The notes: generated from the sequence alone by a model not told the origin. Positions 46,175 through 54,837 are shown, numbered from the stretch's first letter. The stretch: DNA of 64,000 nt from an uncultured virus (IMG/VR IMGVR_UViG_3300044974_001201) (IMGVR_UViG_3300044974_001201); one strand, 5' to 3'. A program made the numbers and translations.

Positions 46175-47260
46175 TCACGCCTCGCCGAAAACCCGCGACT
46201 TGTACGCGGGGCCGATGCGCTTGATCGCCTCGTACGGCGTCTCGCCCGGTGCTGCGCCGGGGATCGTCGTCTCGATCGGGATGCAGCGCGGCGAACCGAA
46301 GTTCGTCGGGAACGTACCGCCGTCGCAAACCTGCGCGGCGACGTGGTTGAGCGAGGCGCCCGGTTGCTCCCACCACACGTTGCTGGCCTTGAACCCGAGT
46401 ATTCTCGCGAGCGTCACGAACACCGTCGCGAGCCCCTCGCAGTCGTCGCCGCCGCGCTTCTGGCCCGTGAGGCGCGAAACGTTTCGCCCAAGGCCGTTCG
46501 TGATGCACGAGAGCACCGGCTGGAAAATCTCTTCGCCGTCGGGGTCGGGGAGGTAATCCACGAGGTCGTGGACCGATTCCATCAAGCGCGTGAGCAGTTC
46601 CGTCGCCGTCGGTTGACGCCCGAGTTCCGCGGCGAGTTCGCGGTAGATGCGGTGCGCCGTCTCGCGGAAAAACGGGAGCGTCACCGCGTAGTCGCAGTAG
46701 CCGTTCAGGATCACCAGTCGGTCGACGGGCTGCACCGTCGGGTCGATGCGAACGCACTCTCGGCACCACGAGGGGAAAGGCGTGCTCACGGGTTGCCCCG
46801 ACGGCGCGAGCGGCCCGCTCGACGGTGCGCCGACGCCGCGCAGCGCGAGCATCATGCGGGCGTTCGCGGACAACGGCTCCAAAGAGAAGCCCGCGGGGCG
46901 CGTCGCCTCCGCACGGCACGCGGAGGCACTCAGCGCGAGGCGGCTACGCTCGACGATCGTGCGACCGTTCGGCGCTACGCGGGCGCGAGCGGTGAACGTT
47001 CGCGGGGGTGCCGTCGCGCCGAAGAACCCGATGGGTTGCAAGCACACCTCGATGGTGTACTCGCCCGCGGGCACGACGGCGGTGTACTCCGCGGGGTTCG
47101 TTCCGGCGTCGGTGAGCGCGAACTCGCCATCGGGGCCACGGGCGACGGCGCGCGAGACGAACTCGCCGCCGTCCATGAGGCGAACGTGGCCCGCGCGGAA
47201 ACCGAGGGTGCCCGTGGTGGGCGTGGGCGGGCGCGGCGTCGCGCCGAAGATCGTCGGCAT
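46175..47260 (-). CDS. Transglutaminase-fold cysteine protease with N-terminal beta-sandwich module
   Basis: VDYLPDP..E.F..GDDCEGLA..LARILG..NHVAAQV..IPIETT (Cys-His-acid triad layout). Confidence 0.85.
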   Translation of the reverse strand: MPTIFGATPRPPTPTTGTLGFRAGHVRLMDGGEFVSRAVARGPDGEFALTDAGTNPAEYTAVVPAGEYTIEVCLQPIGFFGATAPPRTFTARARVAPNGRTIVERSRLALSASACRAEATRPAGFSLEPLSANARMMLALRGVGAPSSGPLAPSGQPVSTPFPSWCRECVRIDPTVQPVDRLVILNGYCDYAVTLPFFRETAHRIYRELAAELGRQPTATELLTRLMESVHDLVDYLPDPDGEEIFQPVLSCITNGLGRNVSRLTGQKRGGDDCEGLATVFVTLARILGFKASNVWWEQPGASLNHVAAQVCDGGTFPTNFGSPRCIPIETTIPGAAPGETPYEAIKRIGPAYKSRVFGEA

Positions 47261-47290
47261 GGTCCTACCTCTCGGCGCGGCGAGCGCGGG

Positions 47291-47836
47291 TTACTTGCTC
47301 TTGCGGCTGCGACGCTTCGGCGCCGATTGAACGTAGCGGCTCAGATCACGACTCGCGTGAACGTACCAGACCCATCCACGCTTCGGCGCCTTGAACCCGT
47401 AGGCCGACGTGCGAAGCGGGGTGCGCGAGAGCCACGCTTGCCCGCCGTCGGGGAGAGCGACTTGCACCTCGTAGCCCGCACGCGGGAGGGGGATGCGCAG
47501 TGCCTTCACGAGACGGCCCGCGTCGGCGTCGCTCACGCGATACCCCGAACCGATATACCAGAGTCTCAGTCCGCTCGCGCTGTTGCGCACAGCGGAACGC
47601 TTGCGATCCACGGCCACTTCGCGCACGCGGCCGACGTTTCCGTCGTCGTCGCGATTGGTGAACTTCGCGATGGCCGTCGCGCTCGGATCGGCGGTGAGGT
47701 ACACCTCCGACGTGATGACGTAGTTCGCGCCGCGAACTGAGTCGCGGGCGTTGGCGCGAGCGGCCCGGAGGTCGCCCTTGACCGCGTGCGTCGAGTGCGA
47801 GCCCGACGTTTGGATGTAGACGCTGTACTTGCTCAC
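47291..47836 (-). CDS. Two-domain protein with AVRNS linker and basic tail
   Basis: GTG start inferred; RKRSAVRNS. Confidence 0.7.
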   Translation of the reverse strand: MSKYSVYIQTSGSHSTHAVKGDLRAARANARDSVRGANYVITSEVYLTADPSATAIAKFTNRDDDGNVGRVREVAVDRKRSAVRNSASGLRLWYIGSGYRVSDADAGRLVKALRIPLPRAGYEVQVALPDGGQAWLSRTPLRTSAYGFKAPKRGWVWYVHASRDLSRYVQSAPKRRSRKSK

Positions 47837-47840
47837 TTGC

Positions 47841-48866
47841 TCACTTCGCCTTCTTGCTGCGGCGCTTCGGGCAGTGCGTGGCGAGGCGCGACGCGGCCTT
47901 CGACGATCCCTTGCGGGTGGCGCGGGCGCGGCGGGCGCAGGCGAGCTTCGTCCGCTTGAGCCGCGAGCGACCGTTCGGCGACGACGAGCGAGCCTTGCCA
48001 GCCCGCAGCGCCGCGGCCTTCTCCTCTGCGTCGCTCCGCAGTGAGTACGTTCCGTAGCAGAACCCCGTGGAGCCGCCGAAGACGCCGTAGTCGTCTCCGG
48101 TCGCGTCGTCTTCCATGTGCTCGACGGAGAACGTCTTGTCACGCTTGATCGCCGAGAAGCCCGACATCTTCGGGATGCGACCGTTCGGCGACGCCGTATG
48201 CTGCGCGACCGTTTCGACCATCGCTTCCGGCTTTGCCTTGCGTTGACGATACAGAGGGCGCCCCGCGAGCACCAGTGCGTGCGCTTTGCGCGCGGCAACC
48301 AGCGCGGACGCCGCCGTGCGGAACATCGTCCCGTTCGTCCCCGTAGCCTCGACGCCAGCCCGCGTGAGCCCGAAGTTCCGCTTGCCGTCGTAAACGTCGA
48401 GCGAGTAACCGCGAAAACTGCGCTTGCCCGCGCGCGGCGTGATGAAGAAGTGGTACGAATCAGGCCCGATCGTCACGTCGACTTCGTAGTTGACTCGTCC
48501 GGGGGCGGAGTGACTCTTCTCATGCTCCCACGCCGAGAGCGCGGGGAGCGACTCCGACGAACCGTTCTTCGCGGCGCGACGCTTGCGGCGCACGACGCGG
48601 CCCTTCATGATCTTGCGCTTGCTCGCGCGCTCCAGTTGCTCCAGCGTGTAGTTGACACCGTGCATGGTGACGCTCGCGTCGTCGTCGCCCTCGGGATACA
48701 CCTCGACGTAGCCGATCGACGTCATGATGACTTCGGGGCCGTCGTAGGTCTCGTCGTACTGCTGCGCGACGAGCTTGCGTCCGGTGCTGCGGATGTTCGC
48801 GAGATCGCGTGCGGTGAACTTCGGGGTTGTCATGAGATCGCGTGCGGTGAACTTCGGGGTTGTCAT
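47841..48866 (-). CDS. Multi-domain protein with AAKNG/SPNG linkers and basic tail
   Basis: Small domains separated by basic tracts ending in KNG or PNG. Confidence 0.75.
   Translation of the reverse strand: MTTPKFTARDLMTTPKFTARDLANIRSTGRKLVAQQYDETYDGPEVIMTSIGYVEVYPEGDDDASVTMHGVNYTLEQLERASKRKIMKGRVVRRKRRAAKNGSSESLPALSAWEHEKSHSAPGRVNYEVDVTIGPDSYHFFITPRAGKRSFRGYSLDVYDGKRNFGLTRAGVEATGTNGTMFRTAASALVAARKAHALVLAGRPLYRQRKAKPEAMVETVAQHTASPNGRIPKMSGFSAIKRDKTFSVEHMEDDATGDDYGVFGGSTGFCYGTYSLRSDAEEKAAALRAGKARSSSPNGRSRLKRTKLACARRARATRKGSSKAASRLATHCPKRRSKKAK
48801..48866. repeat. Perfect 33-bp tandem duplication at the gene start (MTTPKFTARDL twice)
   Basis: GAGATCGCGTGCGGTGAACTTCGGGGTTGTCAT twice. Confidence 0.95.
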
Positions 48867-49510
48867 CACTTGCTCCACTTGCGGTGCTTCGGCACCGAAC
48901 GTCCTGACGCCGCGAGGCTCGCGGCCCTCTTACGAATTCGACTCCGATCGCCCGCGTATCGGTAATGTCCGGTCACCTCGGCCCATACGGTGCCGGGGTA
49001 GTTCTCGTCATCGACAGCGCCGAACGTCAGAAACGAACCACCGGGCAGTTCGGCGTAGCCACGCCGCACTTCTGCATCGGTCACTTCGACCCACGTTTCT
49101 TGGTTGCCGCGGTAGTACCGCGTCTGAACGTTGCGCCCGAGAATCGGCCCGTGATGACTGACGACGTTTCGATCGCGACCGTTCTTCACGGCCTTGCGCG
49201 CGGGCTTGCGACGCGAGATGGCGTAGCCCGAGCCGGTGAAGTCCGCGAGGGACTCGATCATATCGGCCTCGTCCGCGTCGCTATCGCTCACGAACGAGAG
49301 CGCCGCGTGCGCGTACTGGTCGAAGGCCAGCGCCGAGTCGTCGGAGACGCGACGGTGAGTCTTCGGGTCCGTGACGCCGGAGCGCGGCGGACGAGTCTTC
49401 GCGCGTCCGATCACCTTCCCCCCATGCGAGACGGTGCAATGAACGTCGTCGAAGTCGTCGAGTCGGCACCTGATCGTGAGGAACCCTGAGTAACGAGTCG
49501 CCGTTGCCAT
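48866..49510 (-). CDS. Two-domain protein with RRKPARKAVKNG linker
   Basis: Leaderless sigma70-like promoter TTGCGC-N18-TAGCGT-N7-ATG upstream. Confidence 0.75.
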   Translation of the reverse strand: MATATRYSGFLTIRCRLDDFDDVHCTVSHGGKVIGRAKTRPPRSGVTDPKTHRRVSDDSALAFDQYAHAALSFVSDSDADEADMIESLADFTGSGYAISRRKPARKAVKNGRDRNVVSHHGPILGRNVQTRYYRGNQETWVEVTDAEVRRGYAELPGGSFLTFGAVDDENYPGTVWAEVTGHYRYAGDRSRIRKRAASLAASGRSVPKHRKWSK

Positions 49511-49579
49511 GCTCCGCACGCTACCGCGCAATCGCGACTCGGCGCAAGTGCAATGTTACGCCGAAACGTCGCGGCGTAT

Positions 49580-50737
49580 TCACGGCGTCGCGTCGATACC
49601 CACGTTTCGCTTGCGGGACGCCCTGCCGGGGCGTGGCAGCCCGACCGGGATGCGCAGTTCCGTCGGCGACGAGTCGCGCGCCACGGTGAAGTCACCGAGC
49701 AGGAAACGTCCGTCGCCGTCGAGCACGATGCCGTACCACGCGCCGTCGCCGATCGCTTCCGCGGTGAAGCCCGTCACGGACACGCGCTTGATCTGCTGGC
49801 GATCTGCGCATTGACGGCGCGGCACGATGCACGGGAGCGACGCGATATCGCCGCTGATGTTCACGCGGTGGTAGAGTCCGGTGAAACCGATCGACTTGAT
49901 CGTGCCGATCTTCTGGCTCGTGTAGGCCGCGAGACCGAGACTGCGAGCGAGGTAGAGGTACTGATCGCGCAGCACCGGACTCACGGTCGTCACTTCGATC
50001 ACGCCGCGATTGTGGAACCCGTCCGTGTCGATGATGCCCGCGAGGGTCGCAGCGCGCGTATCGGCGCTGTTGTAGAGGTAGCAGTCGGGGATCGACTTCG
50101 CGCCGTCACGCGCGCAATCGTTGCGGAAGAAACGTCGGATCGGGTTGACCACGACGCTATCGCCTGCGATGCCCCACCCTTCGTTCGTCTTGAACGTGAG
50201 CCGTCGCGTGTTGTCTTCGGGGAACTCCATCACCGTGAGCTCGGCTCCGTACATCGGAGCGATACGGCGGCAGTAGTCGAGGATCTCAGGCTCGCAGTTC
50301 GTGATGTGCGCCTCATCGAACGTGCCGTCACCGATCCAGAGGCCGACGAGGTAAGGGTCAATGGGAACGGAGTGGCGCGGGAAATCGACCGCGGCCCGCG
50401 TGAGTTTCCACCTCCCGTCAAGTCGGGAACTGGCACGATGCTTCTCGACGTACCTGTCGAGCGGAGCGTCGATCGTCTTGCCGAGGAACTTGCCGGTGCC
50501 CGCGAGCGCCACGTTGCTTCGCTAGGAGCACGCCCACGCGGCGCCCTTGACCGGCGTGATGCGACGCATCGGGCCGACGCCATCGCCGATCGCGAGAACG
50601 TTGCGCGGGCGCGAGTCGGCGCCCATGAGAACGTCGCCCACGCGCACCGACTCGATCGCCACGGAGCGACCGCTGTGCAGCATCACGGGCGTACCGGCTG
50701 CGAGTCCGCCGCTTATCACGTCATCGTTAGTCGTCAT
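49580..50737 (-). pseudogene. Free-standing degenerate intein with LAGLIDADG homing endonuclease, in-frame TAG at 50522-50524
   Basis: GLAAGTPVML..VGDVLMGADSRPRNV (block A, Cys replaced by Gly); LVGLWIGDG and LAGIIDTDG; YGIVLDGDGRFLLGDFTVARD (blocks F/G, HN replaced by RD). Confidence 0.85.
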
Positions 50738-50822
50738 AAGCGCAATGTTACACGAGCTTTCGCCGCGCGTCTACGGCGACTGCCCTTGACGGGGTAAGCG
50801 AACGTCGCGACTATACGCGGCG

Positions 50823-52442
50823 ATGTCCTACGATCCCGAAGACGACGATTCCGGCGAGGTCGACGACTCGCTCCCCGATGCCGTCGGCGAGCAACCCGTC
50901 GTCGCGCCAGCGCCCGGAGCGAAGAACGCCAAGCCGCCGAAACCGCCCGTACGTTTCTGGTGCGTCGACTGCCAGCGGATGTTCGACCCCGCCGAAGGTC
51001 TGCACGATTCCCACGAAACGCGCGAGACACACCCGAAGGGGACGCGTGGCGCCGCAGCGATCGGATCGGAAGGGGCGAAGGCACGCAAGGAGACGCGCTA
51101 CCCGTCGGGCATCGTCGGGTGGGATCGCGTGCTCGGCGGTGGCCTTGTGCGCGGCAACATCACGTTGTTCACGGGCGAGGAGGGCGTCGGCAAGAGTACC
51201 CTCATGCTGGTGGTGCTGTACGCGCTGGCGAAGCGCGGCTACACAATTCTGTACATCACGGGCGAGGAAACGAAGGAGGCCGTCGAGGGGCGCTTCTTCG
51301 GCATGGGGTACGAACCACACAAGAACCTCATCCTCTACGCGACGAAATCGTGGGAACTCGCCGTCGCGGAGATCAATCGCTTCAAGCCCCATATCATTCT
51401 GATCGACTCGCTCCAGCGCGTAAGCCTTACGTCGCAGCCGTATCCCGAAGGTTCCGACGATGCGGTCGCCACGCTTATGCGCCTCATTGACGGCGTGGCG
51501 AAGCGGTCGAAGTGGACGCCCTCCGTGATCGCCATCGGCCACCTCAACGCGAAGGGCGAAGCGGCGGGCCGTCGCGCCGTGCGCCACGACGTTGACATCA
51601 ACGTTCACTTCGTTTCCGACGACCTCGGCAATCGTGTGCTGCGCTCGCGCAAGTCGCGGCAAGGGCCGTCGGGGGAACTGGCCTACTTCCGGTTTCAAGG
51701 CAAGCGCATCGTCGAGGTGCCCGACGCATCGGCCGCGCTCCTCGCGGAGTCGATCGGGCAAATCGGCGTCGTCGCGTACCCCGCCACGCGCCTCGCGAGG
51801 CCGATCGTTCTGCCTATCGAGGCCGCGGTGTCGGCGCCGAAGGAGAAGGACGAACCGCGCGTCAAACGTGTCACGGGCCTGCCCGATAGCGTTTTCGACG
51901 ACGCCGTAGACCTTCTGTTCGATGCGTCGGGCGTGCGTTTCAGCGATCGTTCGGTGCGCGTGAAGGCGCCACGCATCGGCGACGAGGAACTCGCAGAAGA
52001 GGCGTGTACGCTCGCGGTGTGCCTCGCGCTGTTCACTTCCGCGGAGCGACTGCACCTCCCGCCCGTCGCGTGTTTCGGCACCGTGAGTCCGTCGGGGCGC
52101 GTGCAGAGCGACGCAATGATCGAGGCGCGACTTCACGCGCTCAAGAAGGCGAAGGTCGAACTCGTGATCGGTCCGCCCATCGGCGGCGTCCCCGTGCCGG
52201 AGGGGATCACTTACCACTCCGTTACGTCGCTGCGTGACCTCGTGGAAGTGGCTAGAACTCGCGGTGTTTTCCAACCCGACGACCCCGAACTCGTCGCTGC
52301 GAGGGAGGCGGGGCGCAAGAAGAAGGGGCGTAGCGCGACGGAGGATGTGCCCTCCGACGTTACGAACTCACGCGCCGTAAGCGCTTCTGATAAACCGCAT
52401 ACGGAATCGTTGACACCGCCGTGGGAAGTGGACACGTTGTAA
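50823..52442 (+). CDS. radA: Divergent RadA/Sms-family ATPase
   Basis: CVDC; DRVLGGGL; Walker A GEEGVGKST; YITGEE; IDSLQ; IGH; KSRQG in place of KNRFG; Lon-like C-terminal domain. Confidence 0.9.
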   Translation: MSYDPEDDDSGEVDDSLPDAVGEQPVVAPAPGAKNAKPPKPPVRFWCVDCQRMFDPAEGLHDSHETRETHPKGTRGAAAIGSEGAKARKETRYPSGIVGWDRVLGGGLVRGNITLFTGEEGVGKSTLMLVVLYALAKRGYTILYITGEETKEAVEGRFFGMGYEPHKNLILYATKSWELAVAEINRFKPHIILIDSLQRVSLTSQPYPEGSDDAVATLMRLIDGVAKRSKWTPSVIAIGHLNAKGEAAGRRAVRHDVDINVHFVSDDLGNRVLRSRKSRQGPSGELAYFRFQGKRIVEVPDASAALLAESIGQIGVVAYPATRLARPIVLPIEAAVSAPKEKDEPRVKRVTGLPDSVFDDAVDLLFDASGVRFSDRSVRVKAPRIGDEELAEEACTLAVCLALFTSAERLHLPPVACFGTVSPSGRVQSDAMIEARLHALKKAKVELVIGPPIGGVPVPEGITYHSVTSLRDLVEVARTRGVFQPDDPELVAAREAGRKKKGRSATEDVPSDVTNSRAVSASDKPHTESLTPPWEVDTL

Positions 52443-52445
52443 CGT

Positions 52446-54836
52446 ATGGAACCCGTCAACCGTTCACTTCCAAACGACGAAATCGCCATCCCCGACGAGA
52501 ACAGGGAGAAGGCGCCCACGTACAACCAGTGGTCCGCGGAGGAACTCGAAGAGCACGGGCCGTGCGAGCACTGGCAACTCGCGGAGCTCAAGGCCGACCA
52601 CAACGCGCGGCGCTACTCGCTCGAACACCTCAAGATCCGACTCTGCGTGCGGTGGGAGGGGCATAGCTACCCCATGCAGACCAAGCTGTACGACATCAAC
52701 ACGACGCGCAAGGCGTTCATGAACGCATGGGGGCCGTCGTACCACGACGACGACAACTGCTACGAACTGCAACTCGTCGGCCTCAACCCGCGCACGAAGG
52801 GCTTTCAGAAGGTCGTCGCGCGTCGCCCGCTCACGATCGGCATCGACGAGTGCCCGGTGCGCGTGTGGAAGATCGACTCGTCGCAGTACGGCGGGAAACT
52901 CCCCGAGTCGCTCGAAGATCACATCAAAAACCGCGAAGAAATCGACGGCCAGTACGTCGACCCCGACTCGATCGAGGAGGATGACGGCGTGTGGGAGGCA
53001 GACGAAACGCGCGACTCGCGCGGCTACGATCGAAACGATGCTCGCGGCGGGCGCGGTCGCGATCGTGACCCGATGAACGATCGTGGCCCCCACGATCCGT
53101 TCGCGGGCGCGGCGGGCGGCGGCTACGACGCTGGCGGCGGCTACGGTCCCGCCGCGCAGGGGTTCCCCGGCGCTGGCCCGCGCAGCCCCTACGGCGCCGC
53201 CCCGAACGTCGTCGCGCCGCCCCCGCCGAAGATGGCGAACGGGCATCTCTGGACTGGTTCGCCTCCCGGTTTCAACCCGCCCGAACCCGGCGAGTGGAAG
53301 CACTGCCCCTCCGGTCGCGCGGAGTGGGTGGGCAACCACTACGAGCCCGCGCCGATGGCGGCGCCGACGACGGTGACCGGCGCTGCGCCCGCGGAGGAAC
53401 TGCCGCCCGTCGTGAACGGGCTCCTGCGCATGGCGAACGGCTCGTACGTTCCGATCCCGCACGGCGCCACGCGAGTGAGCGCGGGCAACTGGGTGCCGAA
53501 CCCGGACCCGAACGCGGCCATCACGAACCCCGCGCGGCAACTGGCCGAGCCGCCGCCGCCGTACCCCGACAAGATCGAGGGCACGAACCAGTTTCTCCTC
53601 AACGGCGGCTACAAGGACTGCCCGTACGGCATCTACTACTCCGAACCGCTGCGCCAGTGGATTCCGAAGCCCGAGCCGCCGCCCGTCGCGAAGCCCGTCG
53701 TCGAAGAGAAGCCGCAGAAGATGACGCTGGCCGAAACGCTCGCGCTCATCACGGGCGCTGGCACCGCGCTCGCGTCGATCTTCGGTGCCGTGCAGGGGCC
53801 TCGCCTCGAAAACGAGCGCGCCGCCGAGGAGCGCCGCCGCGAGGAGGCGAAGGCCGCGGTCGAGCGCGCGAAGGCCGAAGCCGACGCGGCGAAGGAGAAC
53901 GCTCGCGTGCTCGCCGACGCGCAGAAGGAGGCCGCGCGCCTTCAAGCGGACGCGCAGATCAAGGCCGCGGAACTCGCCGCGCAGCGTGACCGCGAAGCCC
54001 GCGAGGCCGACGAACGTCGCCGCACGGAGCAAGCGACCCTCGCCCGCGAAGACCGCATCCGCGAGGAGACGCGCCGCGAAGAGGAGCGCAAGCGTGAGCA
54101 CGCGCTGCTACTTCAACGCACCGAGAGCGAGACAGCCGAACGTCGCCGTCGCGAGGATCGTGAGCGCGAGGAGCGCGTCGCTGCGGAGACGCGCATGGAG
54201 AAGATCATCACCATCGCGACCGCGAAGCCCGCGGCACTCCCGGTCGCGGACCCCGCGCTCGAAGCCCTCAAGCTCGAACTCGCTACCGCGCGCCGCGAGG
54301 CCAGCAAGGGCGGCGACTTCGCGAGCGAGTTCAAGCGCATGAAGTCGCTCGCCGAAGCGATGGGCGCGAAGTTCGGCGAGGGCGCTGGCCCCGCGAGCGA
54401 CCCCGACGTGTTCGGCCCGCTGATGGTGACCGCTGCGGAGAAAACGTTCGAGCTCGTCGAGCGTTTCATCAAGTCGCGCGAGTCGGGAGCGCCAGCCGCA
54501 CCGCAGCACGTCAACATCACGCAGTCGCCGCGCCCGCCCGGTCCGCCGCGAGCGGGCTTCATCTGGGGGTGGAATGGCGCGCAGTTCATCGAGGTGCCTC
54601 TCGCCCCGATGCAACCGCAACTCCCGCCGACGCCCGCCCCGGTGCAACTGCCGCAACCGCAGTACGCGGCGCCCGCAGCGCCGGAGCCCGTCGTCACGGA
54701 GTCGGCGCCGTACGTTCCGCCCGCGACGCAGCCCGAGCCCGTCGCCGAACCGCAGTGGTCGAGCGTGCCCGCCGAAGCGCCGCCCGAGCCCGCTGCGGAG
54801 CCCCCCGCCGAGGTCACTCCGCCCGCGGAGTTCTGA
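52446..54836 (+). CDS. Large protein: globular N-domain, Pro-rich repeats, hydrophobic helix, long charged coiled coil
   Basis: LAETLALITGAGTALASIFGAV; E/R-rich heptads; TTGACA upstream. Confidence 0.85.
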   Translation: MEPVNRSLPNDEIAIPDENREKAPTYNQWSAEELEEHGPCEHWQLAELKADHNARRYSLEHLKIRLCVRWEGHSYPMQTKLYDINTTRKAFMNAWGPSYHDDDNCYELQLVGLNPRTKGFQKVVARRPLTIGIDECPVRVWKIDSSQYGGKLPESLEDHIKNREEIDGQYVDPDSIEEDDGVWEADETRDSRGYDRNDARGGRGRDRDPMNDRGPHDPFAGAAGGGYDAGGGYGPAAQGFPGAGPRSPYGAAPNVVAPPPPKMANGHLWTGSPPGFNPPEPGEWKHCPSGRAEWVGNHYEPAPMAAPTTVTGAAPAEELPPVVNGLLRMANGSYVPIPHGATRVSAGNWVPNPDPNAAITNPARQLAEPPPPYPDKIEGTNQFLLNGGYKDCPYGIYYSEPLRQWIPKPEPPPVAKPVVEEKPQKMTLAETLALITGAGTALASIFGAVQGPRLENERAAEERRREEAKAAVERAKAEADAAKENARVLADAQKEAARLQADAQIKAAELAAQRDREAREADERRRTEQATLAREDRIREETRREEERKREHALLLQRTESETAERRRREDREREERVAAETRMEKIITIATAKPAALPVADPALEALKLELATARREASKGGDFASEFKRMKSLAEAMGAKFGEGAGPASDPDVFGPLMVTAAEKTFELVERFIKSRESGAPAAPQHVNITQSPRPPGPPRAGFIWGWNGAQFIEVPLAPMQPQLPPTPAPVQLPQPQYAAPAAPEPVVTESAPYVPPATQPEPVAEPQWSSVPAEAPPEPAAEPPAEVTPPAEF

Positions 54837-54837
54837 C

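Noticed and set aside
50522..50524. Amber recoding (alternative genetic code) explaining the TAG in the intein-like gene
   Set aside because: Many well-defined genes end in TAG (e.g. 3853, 24642, 58997) and no suppressor tRNA is seen
50823..52442. radA and ssrA as evidence of ordinary bacterial chromosome
   Set aside because: Both are isolated among viral-type genes without usual neighbours, and RadA is highly divergent; a provirus cannot be excluded from this window alone
52446..54836. Tape-measure or TolA assignment
   Set aside because: The E/R coiled coil and Pro-rich segments are low-complexity; no tail genes or tol operon context
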